Below, piece by piece: positions 1-14,026 of a DNA stretch of 64,000 nucleotides. Positions within the stretch are counted from its first letter, which is position 1. Every line of letters starts with the position of its first letter. The stretch covers positions 11,654,771 to 11,718,770 of the forward strand of contig OZ316891.1 of NCBI GenBank assembly GCA_973895155.1. The letters are read 5' to 3'. The DNA is from Marsupella aquatica (taxonomy: Eukaryota; Plantae; Marchantiophyta). A program made the position numbers and the translations under genes. The notes under the pieces are model-generated. The model was not told the DNA's origin and did no database searches. It worked only from the letters and a program-made list of their open reading frames with translations.

Positions 1-1029
1 GGAGTGACAAAAGCTCTGGTTCTTACTCCAAAATATCAACAATCGATGTGTCAAGTAAACAATACAGATGGGGAGTGAGATTCTCCATGAACCTGTTCAA
101 ACAAGCTGTATTTCTCAAGCCACTCTGAAGGGCCTTGAGAATGGAAGAACCGAAGACGTGTGAGGCCACATTTGCATCTAGTTGAGATGAAGGCACAGCT
201 CGAACGTGGGCCGCCCCACTGACTATTAGATTTTCTTCCAAGTCCTTCACTCCGGAGAACTTCACTTTTTCGTGAGAAGTCTAATTTCTGTAAACGACTC
301 CTTCACTTGTAAACTGTCCACCCTTGCATTGTTTTGAAAAGTGAAAGCAAAAACACATTCCCCCTAAGATATGTGCCAGAATTTAAACATCTAAGTGGAA
401 ACAAGGATGGACACAAATGTGATGCTTGGAAGGACAAGCTAAACCTTGATGGACATGAATGCAACATTTAAATCTACTCACATGCGTTACACCTTGGCTC
501 CAAAGATGACATACAAATATGCATGGACTGGCAATGGAAGGTTTTCAGTGGATTCCTTGGTATTCTGTCCATGCAACCCAGTTTGTTCTGCTCCACCTGA
601 AGGAGTTGGGTTCTTTGGTTATCATTATTAGTGTATACAGGACCCCTTACACTTTCTCTCTCCACTGAGCTTTGAACATGGTTTTGGTGGAAATATGTAG
701 CTATCTTACACTTGTTTATCATCCCACTGCAAAGTTTTGGGGAATATTGTGACATTATAAAGTTCCACTCTCAATCCTTCTTCTCTTTATTCAAGCCTCC
801 ACTTAAGATGGTTGTGGTGGAAAAAGCTTTCGTACATTATCTATATCATGCCACGGTGAAGTTTGAGGGGAAACAGTGACTCTGTAAAGTATCTTCATCC
901 CAGCTTCCACTTAATCATGGTTTTGTTGAGAAAAAGTATTGAAAGGATAAAATCGACATGGTTTCCATAATACCTACTCTTAAAGCACTCCACAGTTTTT
1001 ATTTTTCTGTTTTGGATAGCCTAAAATTA

Positions 1030-1760
1030 AATGACATTGATGATGCATGTCTCTCAGTTACTACAATCGACCACAATTCAATCTTTTTATCACATATGTA
1101 GATGCAGACCATTAGCTCATCAGGGATGGCACTGGTAGATCTTTATCACTTATTTTCCCTTCTTTTCTAGGGAAAGTTTCCATTATGACTTATTTTCCCG
1201 ATTCATTTGAAGTAGGGGTTTGCCCTCTCTGAACGTCTTGCTTTACCTTCATTATATTTAGTTAGCCCTTTTAGTAAACTGGTCCTTTTCATACTCTAGG
1301 GGGTAGCAAAAAGAACTGTTTTCCATTCACCCTCCCCTCTTCTATTGCATAGCATCAAAAGTCACTCACATTGATGAACCATTTCTCCCCAGTTTCTACA
1401 ATTGACTACGATTCATTCTCCTTATCTCCCATGTAGCTGTGGACCATTATCTCATCCCACTATTGCTGGGGTAGATGGCAGATCTTTATCACTTGTTTTA
1501 CTTCTTTCTAGGTTTTGGGGTTCATTTCAATTTGGTATTTGTCCTCTCTAAACCTCTTTTGCTTTTCCTCCGTTATACTTAGTTTGGTCCTTTTCAGTAA
1601 AGTGGTCCTTTTTCAACCTCTAGGGAGGGTGGCAGAAAGAGCTGTCTTCCATTCACCCCTCCCCCCTTTCTATTGGAGAGCCTCCAAAGTCACTCACATT
1701 GATGAAGTATGTCTCTCAGTTTCTGCAATCGACGACAACTCAATCTCCTTCTCACGGAAG
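1030..1760. repeat. Degenerate tandem repeat, ~330-bp period, about 2.2 units (likely TE-derived)
   Basis: A motif like CACATTGATGAA...TCTCAGTTTCTACAATCGAC recurs at ~1035, ~1368 and ~1695. GATGGCA..GATCTTTATCACTT recurs at ~1124 and ~1473. CTCTAGGG...TTCCATTCACCC recurs at ~1294 and ~1618. Confidence 0.7.
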
Positions 1761-2453
1761 AACTTTAGTTTTCCAGCAGCTCGTCGACAAATCGCTTTAG
1801 TACTCATGCGCATCACATTTTCAGGTGGGCGTCTGAGAAAAAGCACCCTTTCCACTGGGACGAATGAGAAGCACTGGAGTGCGTCAATAGTCAATCGCTC
1901 GGTCAGCAAGGATTGTGCATTGTGGTCAAAGCATTGAATCTCTTTTCCCAGTTCTCTGCTGAGAGACACCCCTCATCACTGAAACGGCTGTGAACTTTTA
2001 AATGAATGCAATCATGCACTGGCGAAGTTCAATACACCACAGTCAGAGTACTGATAAGTGAACTGTGAATTGGCTGGAGGGTTTTTTGGTCGTCGACGCC
2101 CCCCGTGAGTTGGAACAATTGTTTGTCGACCAGCGTACTCTTTCTCCGCTCCCATCTATCTCAGCTCTGACCCGAAGGAATCCACAGATGGTGGATGTTT
2201 CACTGGAACAGCACATTTCATGTTCTTGACACTAAGAATTGCACGTCTTACCGGTCATCGGGAAGGAAGGGGTTGGAAGATCGACTTGCGAAGCGTCACT
2301 GTTCTTCGGAAGGTTTGAAAGATGGAGTGAGAAGGAGCTGACAGTGAATCTCACCGCTCATTGACAGGCGAGGGAGGGTTCGGAAGCGTTGGTGACGAGG
2401 AAGAGAAAGGGCTAGCGGCAATATCAGGAACAGCGTCAGCAGCAGCAGCAGCT

Positions 2454-5151
2454 ATGGCGGAGTTGAGGAACAGACGCATAGCAGGGTATGAATACGGGGG
2501 TGAGCTTGGGCTGGACGAGTTGCAGCCGCGACCGCCTTCTGCGACTCCCAAGTGGAGGCGGGCAGTGGAGAACACCCTCTGGCTCGCAGCCGCGGCTTTC
2601 GTGTTCTACTACGGCGACGGCCACACCGACTTCGTCTCCGTGCTGATTTCGAATCCACGAATCATGCGGTATGTGCGCACGTTGTGTCTCGCAGTGCTCT
2701 GCAGTGCTGCTTATCATTTCTCATGTGGGAGGCAGCAGTAACGAGGCAATCTACGTGCTAAGGGAGGGAGGTGAATATGAATGTGCGAATGAATGAATGG
2801 CGCTAAGATCAAGCCTCTCATGGCGGCACCCATTTGACCTCCCATCCCCTGACTTCAGTTTTGAGTGGCTCAAACCTTTGTCCATTTGATTCTCAATTCA
2901 GTTCGAGTATTCTCAATCTGTCTCTGTATCTCAACCTGCTGTATGGCCCTCTGGAGAGAAAGAAGTGAATCTCGTCATTGTTCGTACGTGATCTTTGCTA
3001 GGCTCGGTCTGACATTCCAGATGTTTAAGTGCCCCGCGCGCCTTTCCATGATGTCTTCTGTTCAGATTAAGGTCTGAAATCCATTCCTGAGTCAAGAGTT
3101 TGTGTTTTCTTGTTGCTTTGGAGCCCTCCATGCATATAATGTACAGCGCGGGCGAGAATCGTTAGCGCTTAAAAGATATTCTGCACAATCTGCCACTGCT
3201 TCAATGTGTGTGCATCAAATAATCGACCTCGTCGATACTGAATTCGCACTTTGCACAAATTTCGTTGTCAAGAAGAATGTGCAGAACGTCTTTTAGATGC
3301 TGAAGGTGTTCTTTCTCGTAGATCTAAAGTCTTTCCTGCGACAAGTTTTGGGTTTCAGTTTGCCCGGGGCCCCTGTCACATCAATAGCAATGTGTGCGTT
3401 GAGTTACATTCAATGAATATCGAGGAGAGGTCTACATCGTCAGTGTTGAATCTCTGTACTCTTAGGTTCCTTCACTCAATTTATTTTCATCACCTGCATT
3501 TTCTGAGTACTCTGTTTCCCCCGGAGCTCGTAGTGATAGGCATGTACATAGTGAAGTAGTGCATTCTTTTGGGTTTTCAGAGGCATTACGTTGTCTCCTG
3601 TATTGAAAAGTAGTGGGAAACGACATCTGCTCAGATTGCGTGAGCGTTTGTTTCGCAACTCTTCTTTAGCACAGAGAAACGGGAGGGTCGCATACATTTG
3701 GGTGTCTTTGTCACAAGACGTCATACTTTAGGTTGTTGACCAATGGTCACCTCTGGACTGTAAGGTAAACTCAACGATGTCCTCTTGGCAGACCATCGTC
3801 TGATCTTGCTGTAGGTATCACAGACGAGCAAACGGTGCACATGACGCAAATACAGATTGAATCGTTTCCTAAGCCACGTGACCCTAATGGGAGATACGAT
3901 GAAGCAGAAATGCATGACAATTTCACGAAGATTTCAAGGCTAAACTTGACTGACCAAGTATCCGATGAAGGGTTGATCCAGCAGAAACTGAAGAAGAGTT
4001 GTCCCTCGGCAGAGAGTTGGTGGTCAAACTTGCCAAGACGGGGAGAATCAATCCTGGAGAAATGGCTTTGTATAAAGCTGAATGTGAAATACTGCGATGG
4101 TTATACTGACACATCTTTTTCAATTTCAGGAGCTGCTTATTTTGAAGAGAGACCATGTACTGAGGACAAACCTATAGAGACAGAGAACAGCAATATTCTC
4201 ACCGCCTCATGGTCATAGTCTGTCTATAAGCGGGAAATTCTTCTGAGCATACTTGTCATGCCTTTTTGGATGTTGCAGGAGACCGTTCTACGTAGGGTTG
4301 CTTTGTCTGGCTATCAACACATTGATATTCTTTTATCTAGCAGTCTGGTTACGGCATGTTATCAGGACTGATGCAAGCTGGGAAGTTATTGCTCCTGGAG
4401 CCATTCCAACTGCTACAATTTTGGGAATCAGTGCTTTTTTGATGTAAGTATGATGAATTTGTCTTGACTTCAGCTTCTTCTTGCCAGATCTAGGATGGTG
4501 CTAATGAATGACTTTGGCAAAAGTGAATGGATCGGCCTTAGAGCAGCCCACTTGTCCTGGGTTGAGTCGGTGGCTTCTCTGATCGTTGGATCTTTGTGCA
4601 GGTTTGTGTTTGCCTTGTGGCCAGTTTGGGGACTTCTGACACTTCCTCTTTTGGTACGTTCTCCTCGCCCCTACGACATGTTTTTGTCCGCTTTACAGTG
4701 ATCAGGTGTACTATCCCCCGATGCTTTGGGGATGAAGGTTAGGTCCGGTAGGTGACGCACTGCAGGGGGTTTAGTTGAAACTATCCTGAGCAGTAGATGA
4801 TATGGCTAATTGTCCGATTGTATCGACTTATTAGCAGGCTTACCAGTTTCCCCTGCGATTTCCATTCCTTCGTTAGATTTATGGGCATAGTGTCAGTGAG
4901 AGGCTCGTCGTCGACCAACTACATCTACAGAGTCCACTGATTTCCGTCTCGACAACGAATTGCATTGGCTTTGACGTAAGCTGTCGTCTCGGTTCGATTT
5001 TTATGTGATGGTTGGGTTTTGTTGCATTTTGCAGATTACGCTGTTTATGACGTTTGTCATCATTTCCCCTTACCTTCCGCCTTATACAAAAAACAATGTT
5101 GTAGACGAGCAGGCCTCAGACCCAAAAAATCTCTACAAGAATCATGATTAG
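2454..5151 (+). CDS. Transmembrane protein 128-like membrane protein, 4 exons (2454-2668, 4279-4443, 4602-4653, 5035-5151)
   Basis: Canonical GT-AG junctions join in frame: MAELRNRR...ENTLWLAAAAFVFYYGDG...RIMR / RPFYVGLLCLAINTLIFFYLAVW...PGAIPTATILGISAFLM / FVFALWPVWGLLTLPLL / ITLFMTFVIISPYLPPY...HD*. The hydrophobic helices and the ALWPVW motif fit TMEM128. Confidence 0.8.
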
Positions 5152-8100
5152 AATGGAGAGAAAACTGCTTCCAGTCTCTTTGAGGTCTGGCAACTTTGGT
5201 GAAGTCTTTTGGGATGAATCAGCCACATGGTGACACTGCTGTTTGGCTAAGGATCGGAGGTAAACAAAGAGGTTTCGTTTTGTCGTTCAGGTGCCATGAG
5301 TTTGTAATGGAGGGCAATGATTGCTGATCTCCTTCTAGGATCTTGCATTAATAGCACTCAAAGCAGTAGAGTTGTCTTGACCCTCTGTGAAGACAACTGA
5401 TTGTGCAGTGCTGGACCAACTATTAGGTTCCAGTGACGGTATTGCTTAGGATCATCTTATTTGTCTACTTCTGCACGTTCTGGTGGTAGATCAATTGCGA
5501 CTATCTGGCATTTAACGGATCCCTCATCTCATCCTGTCCAAGACGGATGGAAAGTCTTGATGTGAAATAGAAACTTGGATTCAGAGCGGTCCTTCTGGAC
5601 ATCCATAGTGCCTGGGCAGGTAACTTATAACATGTCACTTAATCGACAATGTTGATAGCTATCAGTGATTTGCGATCTATTGTAGCTGTACATAAAATGC
5701 TCTCTCCTCCCCTTTCGCGGTACAAGAGTCTTGAACAATTTTGTTGTTGTCCTACGTTGGAACCAACCCAGGTGTCATAGAATTTGCGATGCAATCCTTG
5801 GTTTGAATGTTCTCTTTGGATTGCACAAATATCAAGTTTCCAGTTTGAACTCGAACTGAGTATTCTTTACTGGTTTGGAGTTTACTCAATTCTTCTTTAG
5901 ACTCTGCACGTGAGATACTCGAAAGAAATAGTAGCCCATAGCTGTAAGTTGAAGCACGCGTTGTGTAGGCCCACAACTGCAAGAGTCTAACGGAGTTATT
6001 TTCTGTGATTTTACTGAAGTTCATAAATCTAGCTCGTGATCCTCGTTGATCCGGTTGTGAATGAGATGCACAACTCCCTCATTAGTCAATTCGCTCATGC
6101 CTTCCGTACTGTAAAATGGTCATGACAGTTCTTTCCGTCAAGAGATCAATATATGCCATAGAACTCGAAACTATTGAAACTTATAGTAAAAGCTGCCAGG
6201 GACTTATAGTAAAAGCTCCACCACATATGAAGCTGACTTTACATTCCACCATTTGGTGCAGCCAACAGAATACTGTCAATATCTGCACATGTATTACAAA
6301 AGGATTCCGAATACTCACAAATGAATGGCCCAAACGACTAAATGTGTCTGACTGGCCACAAGAATCCCGTGTAAGCCCATCTATTAAGCAGCCTTTGAGT
6401 ATCTATTGTTCAATTGATTCATGGATCTGAGTGAGCAGAACTCACTGCCATTTATCTTCCTTTTAGGCGGCAATTCGTAGCAGTGCGAGTCCAGGAGTAA
6501 GAGTGGACAGGCTCACGGGTTTCAAGCAAGCACAACAGCACAGTACAAGCTGAAGTGGTAGCTCGATAATATCGCTCATTTCATTACGAATATTTTCACT
6601 GTACCTACTGAGCAATTTCAATCACCCGCCCGTGATAATAATTTTCTCGATCCAAAAGATGGAATATGATCGTGGGGAGATTTATCACGTGGCTGCATAT
6701 GGAGGAGTGGAATGAAGCTTTCATTATTCAAGCAATTGAGTGGAATTGAAGGTAGTGAGAGAGCAGTTAATAATGGAAGACGAAGAATTGGCATGGTCGT
6801 TGATCTACCAGAATCTGCGATTAGAGTACCGGACCATACGCAATGACGGCAACCTCGCATCTCAGGACACGTCAGACGTTCAAGCGGCAGTCGCTGATCG
6901 GCGTCCCAGAAAAAAAAGCTTGAACTCTATGACAGCTTGTCAAGAAGGAAAAGATTGAAGCAATTCTCGGAGAATGAGGTATATCATCTCTGTCAACAGG
7001 AGATGGAGGTTTTGTAGGGCTTGGCTGCCTTATAAAAGACGCTGGTGGCGAGTCATCTTCGAAGCGGAAAATGCATGGGCATCAGTCACCACCTTGCAGA
7101 ATGTACAGGGCCTTGATGTATGGTCTCGAGATTGCCAAATCCATTTGAGACAAATAAACGCGCATGGCAATCGGGCTGTGAACAGGAGCACCAGTTCGAA
7201 GCCCGATCAATCTTCGGGGTGATTAATCTTCTCTACTCACGTGAACAGGAGAACCGGTTCGAAGTCTTCTTAGTGAATATCAAGCTTTACATAGCATATT
7301 GTTTTTTGGGTTGTGTGGAAATCACTTTGAATAGCACTGTTTCAACCAAGTTGTAGGCTACTGAGTCGGAATGTGAGTTCCCCTATCTCGTTGGTCTGGC
7401 CGACGCTATTCTTTTGCAAGGTGCGGCCATCAGTTCTGCTACACTTGCGGAGCCAATTAGCGAGGGAGGCAGAAGATGTGCTCATCTCCGCTCTTCTCGG
7501 ATACTCTACAAGAAAACATGCAGCAACCAATGATTAGGCAAGCATTTGAGATATTGAAGTGATAGACTGCATAAAGGCTGAGATTCTTCAACGGCATAGA
7601 CCGAAATTACGATGATCTGGGTAATGTAATATGGAGCTCCAGCTAACACGACATCTCAATCAGACGAATTTAATTCACAACTGCCCACATATGGTATATG
7701 AACTTCCAAGACTTCTCCCTTTTCCACACTAGCCCCTTTTTCCACGTTAGCCCCATGACAAGTTCTAAATAGATATGAAAAAAAAATACTGGACAATAAA
7801 TTTCTATGTTATTTTGGTTAGTCTTGCTCCATCTTTGTTTTTTGTCTATCCTCATTTCAATTTTGTGGTTTTAGAGTTAATGTCACTTTTGTCCATCCTC
7901 ATTTTAAATCACTTTTGTCTATCCTCGTTTAACTAGAGAAGAGTTAAGGTCCCTCAAATTGTCAGCATTGAGACCTATTAAGTTACCTCCAAAATTGCAC
8001 CACCTTCTTAAATTGCCTCCAAAGCTAGTTTAATTAGTGAACTGCCCCCATGGATTAATCTTAGTTGTACATGCCAACTATTTTTAGTTATTTTGTTCTA

Positions 8101-11100
8101 TTTCTGGGGAGATATAGTATAAAAATGGGACAAACAAAATGATCAGATCTCATGACAATCATGATGACCGAAAGCCAGACGATTACGACAGAATGCTGTA
8201 CCGTGTGCACAATGTGGCAAAGCTCAGAAATAATCATGTGAATGATGAGGACGTTCTGTACCAAATAGATAAAATACCAAAGGGGGCTAGTGGCCAACTT
8301 GCACCCAGGGAAGAGAGCAAGGCAGCAAGCCACGTGATATTGTCCTCGAAAAACTGTGCTGTCAGTGTGAACGACGTTTTGCGTGTTCATGTTTAGCACT
8401 ATGACATTCTCGTCAGTGCATCCAGCACACGTTTACTTTCTTTAAAGGGCTCCTTATTTGATGCCACAAGAAATTCCCCCAATCGGTCTGCAAGCCAGTT
8501 GTGTGGCTTGCTAAGGAAGGGTTTCCTTCTTGGAAAAGGAATTCCCCAAACATCTAAATTGTCTTCTTAGAGGTGATGATAGTCTTAGGCTTAAACAAGA
8601 GTTTCAAAGGTTGTGTGTGGGTCAAGGAATATCTTATTTCACACTTCAAACACGCTGCTTGAAGGTTTAAATTTCTTGATAAGTGCAACAAATAGAAAGT
8701 TTCACTCTTATCAATCATTATAAACTACCCTAAAAACATAATTTCTGTACCTGCAGTACAATTTAAAGTAGATATTGCATACTCAATAAGTGGAAGGACC
8801 AAAGGTACTCACGACCAGCTTGCACTTAGGGTGGCTTTAAAAGAAAGTGCGGGCACTTGTGAACTTCTTTGCCCAAAATAAACTGGAGAGCTCCGCTTAT
8901 TATTTCAAATATAGACTCCATACCAAAGATCTTTTGAAATGAAATTCAATAAACTCAAATCCCATGAATGAAAGAGTCAAAGTTTAGAAATGTTTAGACC
9001 GAATGCTCAAGCCAGGTGGTCTAAACTTCTAGACAAAATAAGCACCACATTAGCATTTACTTGGGCCCACTGTTTGCCATGTAGGATTGGTAGACACCAT
9101 ATATGAATGGGCCCCCAAGTTCTTGTAAAGCCCACTGCAGCACTTTCCATTCATTACATTGTCTACTTAGATTTTATCTTAAATGATGTCATTGTGCCAA
9201 AAAGGCAAAAATGCCAAACCTGGAGATAGGGTCCCAATGACAAAGCGGGCCAATAAAGGGAAATGGCCCCAAGAAGACCAAAGAGGCCAAACAAGCCAAG
9301 GACCCCCCACAACCAAAAATGAGCAAAGACAAAGACCAAAACAGGGAACACACTAAGTAGCTGAGAAGACTAACGCCTTACTAGGCTGAGAACCCAGGTA
9401 GATCTCTGGAGTAAACCACATAGAAGGATCCCGAACATGAATCTTTCTAGAGGCCCTAAAACCAACTGCTTTGGCCCTCTGAAGTGCAACCAGGAGTGCA
9501 ACAGATTGACGCACCTTTGTCAAAAGAAAGTGTTGAGGACAGATACACGAGGGAAAGGCCTCCACGCAATACAAAAAATTGCACAGGTCGGAGGAACTGG
9601 TCGGATGTAAGGTTGAGAGCACCAAAAATCTTAGAGCAAAAGGGTAGAAAAGATCTCTGGGTAGAAATTTGCATAGGCTTTCTCCTTGAGCTGGGCTGCC
9701 TTGGCTACAGCTTGTCCAGGCCTCGGGGTCCAGGCACATGTTATTGTTCCATGGAGATATGGTGCAACAATGTGATGAAGAGGAAGGAGCTCAAACAAAA
9801 GGGGGGCCATCAAGGACTGGCAGATAGTCAAACTCCAGAACAAGTCCTAGCACAATTTAAGAGGCAGACCCAAATAGAGTCAGAAGGTGCCTCAAAGAGC
9901 ATGCTAGAAAGGGTGTGATGCTGTATGCAATCAGAAATCACTTGCTGAACACGATTTGAACTGTGTAAGACTCCCGGTAAGACTACCTCCATGAAGGCTG
10001 GAACAACAGCCTGCACAACCTTGAGCAAAAGTGATAGGGCCTGGCCAAGGCAAACCTGAAATGGGAGGACCCGGCCAATCCTCCACCCCCATGACATGGT
10101 CAAAGAGGATAGGCTAAGATCCGCAATGAAGCTAGAGGCAAGGGTAGGGACCACCAACGCCCTTGGAACTACTGAGGAACGCACGAGGAGCCATGGAGAC
10201 AACTGATGAAAGAACCATGCCACCATTGCAACAAGGCAGGGCAGCCTGCTTGGCAACAAACAAACCATCCTCTTTGTCAACTAAGGGCTCCGGGGCCAAC
10301 AAGGTGTCCAAAGCTCCCCATCAGAGTGGTGATAAAGGATGAGAACAAGGACAAAAACAAAGTGGGTGGTATCATGCACTGAAGATACAATGGGCACCAG
10401 ACGAAGCACTGGACCAGTATCATGAAGCAATCTGAATGTCGCCAAGAGCTACCAACTGGTCAATGTGATGAAACACCACCACAAAGGGCCTGAAACAATA
10501 CAACTCACACACAACAGCAGGCCAACGCCAACCGCCATCAAATACCAACATACACCAAACGAGCCTAGTCCGACAAAGCACGACACTCGGCCCCACATAA
10601 TAGAAACTAGTTGCCGACCCACGAGGCCAACCGTTGGCGGCCAAAAAGTCAAGCTAAAACGCCTTGCCGAGCACCAGCACCAAGGCAAGGCCCAGTCAAG
10701 CCAGCCAAAGTACAGATGCCAGGTGGACATAGGGACCCAAAACACATCAGCGAAGGATGGGGTCCGACCGCATGTGTGGCCACCAATCTCAGGTGTGGCC
10801 ATAGGGCTGCGAGGTCAACCTCTTGGCGAGTGACCTCCCAGGAACTCCCCCAGCCCTGTGGGAGGGCGTTCCAGCAAAGTTGGGCGCAGGGTTGGACTTG
10901 CACTTGAGTACCCCGGACAACCAGCAGCTTCGCATGCACTCCCGGCTCTGTTCAATCTTAGAGGGAATGAAAGCAAGACAATGTGCCTGCAAGGTCTTCT
11001 GGAGCTTATGCCAGACTTCTATGATAGGCCAAACTGATGGAAAGAATTGGCAAGATCTATTTACGGACCCCATGAGAGGTCTCTTCCAAAATTCTTGGCA

Positions 11101-11452
11101 CCAGAGTGTGCCATGTCAACAACAACCGCAACAAACAAGACTCATCAATTTTGTGAATCAAACTTATAGTTTTCATTCGTGTTTGTGTCAATTTGGGTGT
11201 AAATTGTGGGACACCATGCCATAAAAAGAAAAGTAAAAAATTAGAAATGCAAAGAGCAAGACTGTTAAAAGTGTCACTATGTAACAATTTTAGTTACGTA
11301 TCCAATTTTTATACTTAAATTCAAAGATTTTTAAAAAATATCTTTCATATAATAAATAATGAATAATAACTAACTTGATAACTTCCTTGTTAAAGGGTAA
11401 TTGGCTCTTGGAGTAAGATTTCCGGCCCTTTGCAATTAAGGTAAACTGCTAG

Positions 11453-11855
11453 CCATGGCCCGAACTTGAACTCAACGAACTAATACAATTTATTTGATCG
11501 AACATACATTGATCTGGTTTCAAATGCAATTGCCACAGATTGAATTTTGACTCTCTTAGCTTGATAACCAGGTTGTCCAACCTGCAAAGCAAAGTATTCC
11601 TACGGCAGCTGAAGGAATGCCAAACTGCCAACTATGGTCCGAACTGGAACTCAACAAACTGATACAATTCATTTGATTAGACATTAATCCAATTTCAAAT
11701 GGACTTGCCACAGATTGAATTCTGACTCTCTTAGCTTAAGAATTTGGTTGCATGTAGCAAGAAGACATGATTTTGACAACTACTTAATTGTGATAACCAC
11801 ATTGTGAACTCCTGCAAAGCAAAGTGTGGCAGTTGAAGGAATGCCAAACTGCTCA
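11453..11855. repeat. Tandem duplication, ~180-bp unit, two copies plus a partial third
   Basis: ATGG(C/T)CCGAACT(T/G)GAACTCAAC...TTGCCACAGATTGAATT(T/C)TGACTCTCTTAGCTT occurs at ~11455 and ~11635. CCTGCAAAGCAAAGT...GAAGGAATGCCAAACTGC occurs at ~11581 and ~11811. Confidence 0.8.
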
Positions 11856-12635
11856 GGCCATTGCTGAATGGGTCCACAATGATTCTCTGAAAAAATCTAA
11901 TCTAAAGAATGCAAGCTTTAAAATCTATCTTATTTGTCCAACACAACATGACTACCAGCTTCCCTTCCTAATCAAACTTCTCTCTTCTCTAAGCTTAAGC
12001 TTTGCCATTCTCCATTTGATGAATAGTTGCGTCAAGGTGATGAGGCTATTAACCTTTAATTCAAAACTTGTCAAAGTCGGACTGCAGTGAAATCTCCAAA
12101 ATTTCCAATTATTTGAAAGTATGTTGACAAATCGGGCGACACATTTTCTACAAACATGACTTAGCTACTAGAAAGCTTAGATCACAGTATTCATTAAAAC
12201 TGGAAATTTAAAAGTCCAGATTGTGATCCTCAAATTTACATTCTTGTCTCTAAAAAGTCCATTAATTTTGCTCCAAATAAACAATTTTTCAAGACTAAAT
12301 ATACACTCTTTTTGGTTTAAAATTACACTTTTGCACTCCAAATTTGATTTTAATCAATTAATCATAATACAGAAATTATTAATATTAATTGTATTTGAAA
12401 TTAAATAGATAAGTGACAAACATGTATCATTTGGTCAAAAACTCATGATTAAATTCAAAGTGAGATTAATCATCTCATTTATCATAACATATATTCAAGG
12501 TTGGCTAGCCATAATGTCGATCCTACTCCAATGGTCAAGCTAGTGTAAAGTCCAAAGTAGTTCTATGACCTGTGAAATAGAAAAATGATTGCATGACTCC
12601 AATCTTGTGTCCTACAATGTACAGAAACATAATGA

Positions 12636-13708
12636 TTAATCATCTAAAATTTCAAATTCTATGCCTCCATGAATATGTCTACATGACTGATTTGAACAAG
12701 TGAGTTGCTCTCCATTTGGGTCATATAGTCTGTCACAAGTGCAAGTGTCTTTGGGATAACGGTTTTTAAACTTAGAGGTGAGATCCCTAGTCTTTAGAAC
12801 TTCCCAGACAAATCGGCGAGGATTTTCTCTGAAGGGACCTGCATAAGACTCGCCCAAACAGTTGTTGACCACATCTTTCATATCATCTTCGGTCAGGTTC
12901 TCAAATGTAGGGTAGGATTGTACCATATCCCTCACTTCCCAACATATCTCATCTCCAGTGACATCCAAGATGGTATACTCAATCTTGGAACGCCAAATCT
13001 TACTTCCCCACTTATGGGAAAGTAAATCATAGATTGCAGCATTACTTTCACGGTCATCATTTATATTAACAAATGACCAAAGTGGATTGTTGACAGATAT
13101 ATATTGTCGGATGTCATAAGCCTTCCACAATTTTCTAAGGAATGACCAAAGTATCTCTGGTAGAAAAGTGTCACTCTTGGCAATGTGTGAGAAGGGAGTT
13201 GGGAACAAACCACTATACTGTGGATTTGCAAAAGCCTTCACTGGAGAGTCATCAATAAGTAGAGTGTTTGTATCATCATACTTGTCTCCAAAATGACTCC
13301 ACACCACACGCAAATCCTTCAACATAATATTTTCTTTCCCATCTGCTACGTCCGGTCTTTTTATGCCAGTATCAAAAGCATCTTCTTGTGTGAAAACAAA
13401 TTTAAATTGCCTCCGCTCCTCTTCTTTGAAAATCAAATTCATCATTTCATTAGTTCTTGGCCTCCCCGCACAAGTCCACAATGCGACATCAAAACCTTTG
13501 AAAGCCACCTCCAAAAATTGGTGCAACCCTGGCCTTTCCACGTACATGAAATTGAATCCACCCCGTCTCCCCCAATGCACACCCCGCACAGTTGTTGTAG
13601 ATCTTAACGGTCCCGAGCTTTTTGTTTTGACGCAATCCCAACAAATTTTGTTCAGGTCCAAAATCAAGAGTTTTCTTCTTATATCAGAGTGCAATTTAGG
13701 AGTGAAAT
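12636..13708 (-). CDS. FCP1/NIF-family HAD phosphatase-like domain exon (last exon of the cargo gene)
   Basis: LLILDLN (motif I, DxN variant), YVERPGLHQFL, VALWTCA, LKDLRVVW, NTLLIDDSPVKAFANP: the motif series of NIF/FCP1-like proteins. Confidence 0.8.
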
Positions 13709-14026
13709 CTGCAAAGATCCAAATGAATCAAAATTATATCTAAAAGATATATAAGAAGAACTTAGGGTCAAACCTGGATCGACCTGACCTAATGGGGAAA
13801 ACAAACATATCATTTTTGAATGTCAAAGCATTTTGATATATCAATGTAGAAGTACCTTGCTCAAATGCTTTGTCTTGGACCAGGGTACCGCTTGCTGAAG
13901 GTAGACCAATAATATCCTTCGATGGAAGAGATGCTATGACAAAACTTTGGTCTGTCCATATATGATTTCCAAACATAATATTTTAGATTATTGTGAAAAA
14001 TAGAATAACAAAACCATAATATTAAC

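Noticed and set aside
3835-4218. 127-aa ORF
   Set aside because: It lies within intron 1 of the TMEM128-like gene and has no recognisable motif.
8028-8060. Alternative left terminus pairing with ~24991-25020
   Set aside because: Only a loose, gapped inverted similarity in AT-rich DNA, weaker than the 11364/25775 pair.
9163-11287. Cluster of 60-150 aa ORFs on both strands
   Set aside because: Overlapping, with no recognisable domains or consistent splice structure; probably a by-product of higher GC content.
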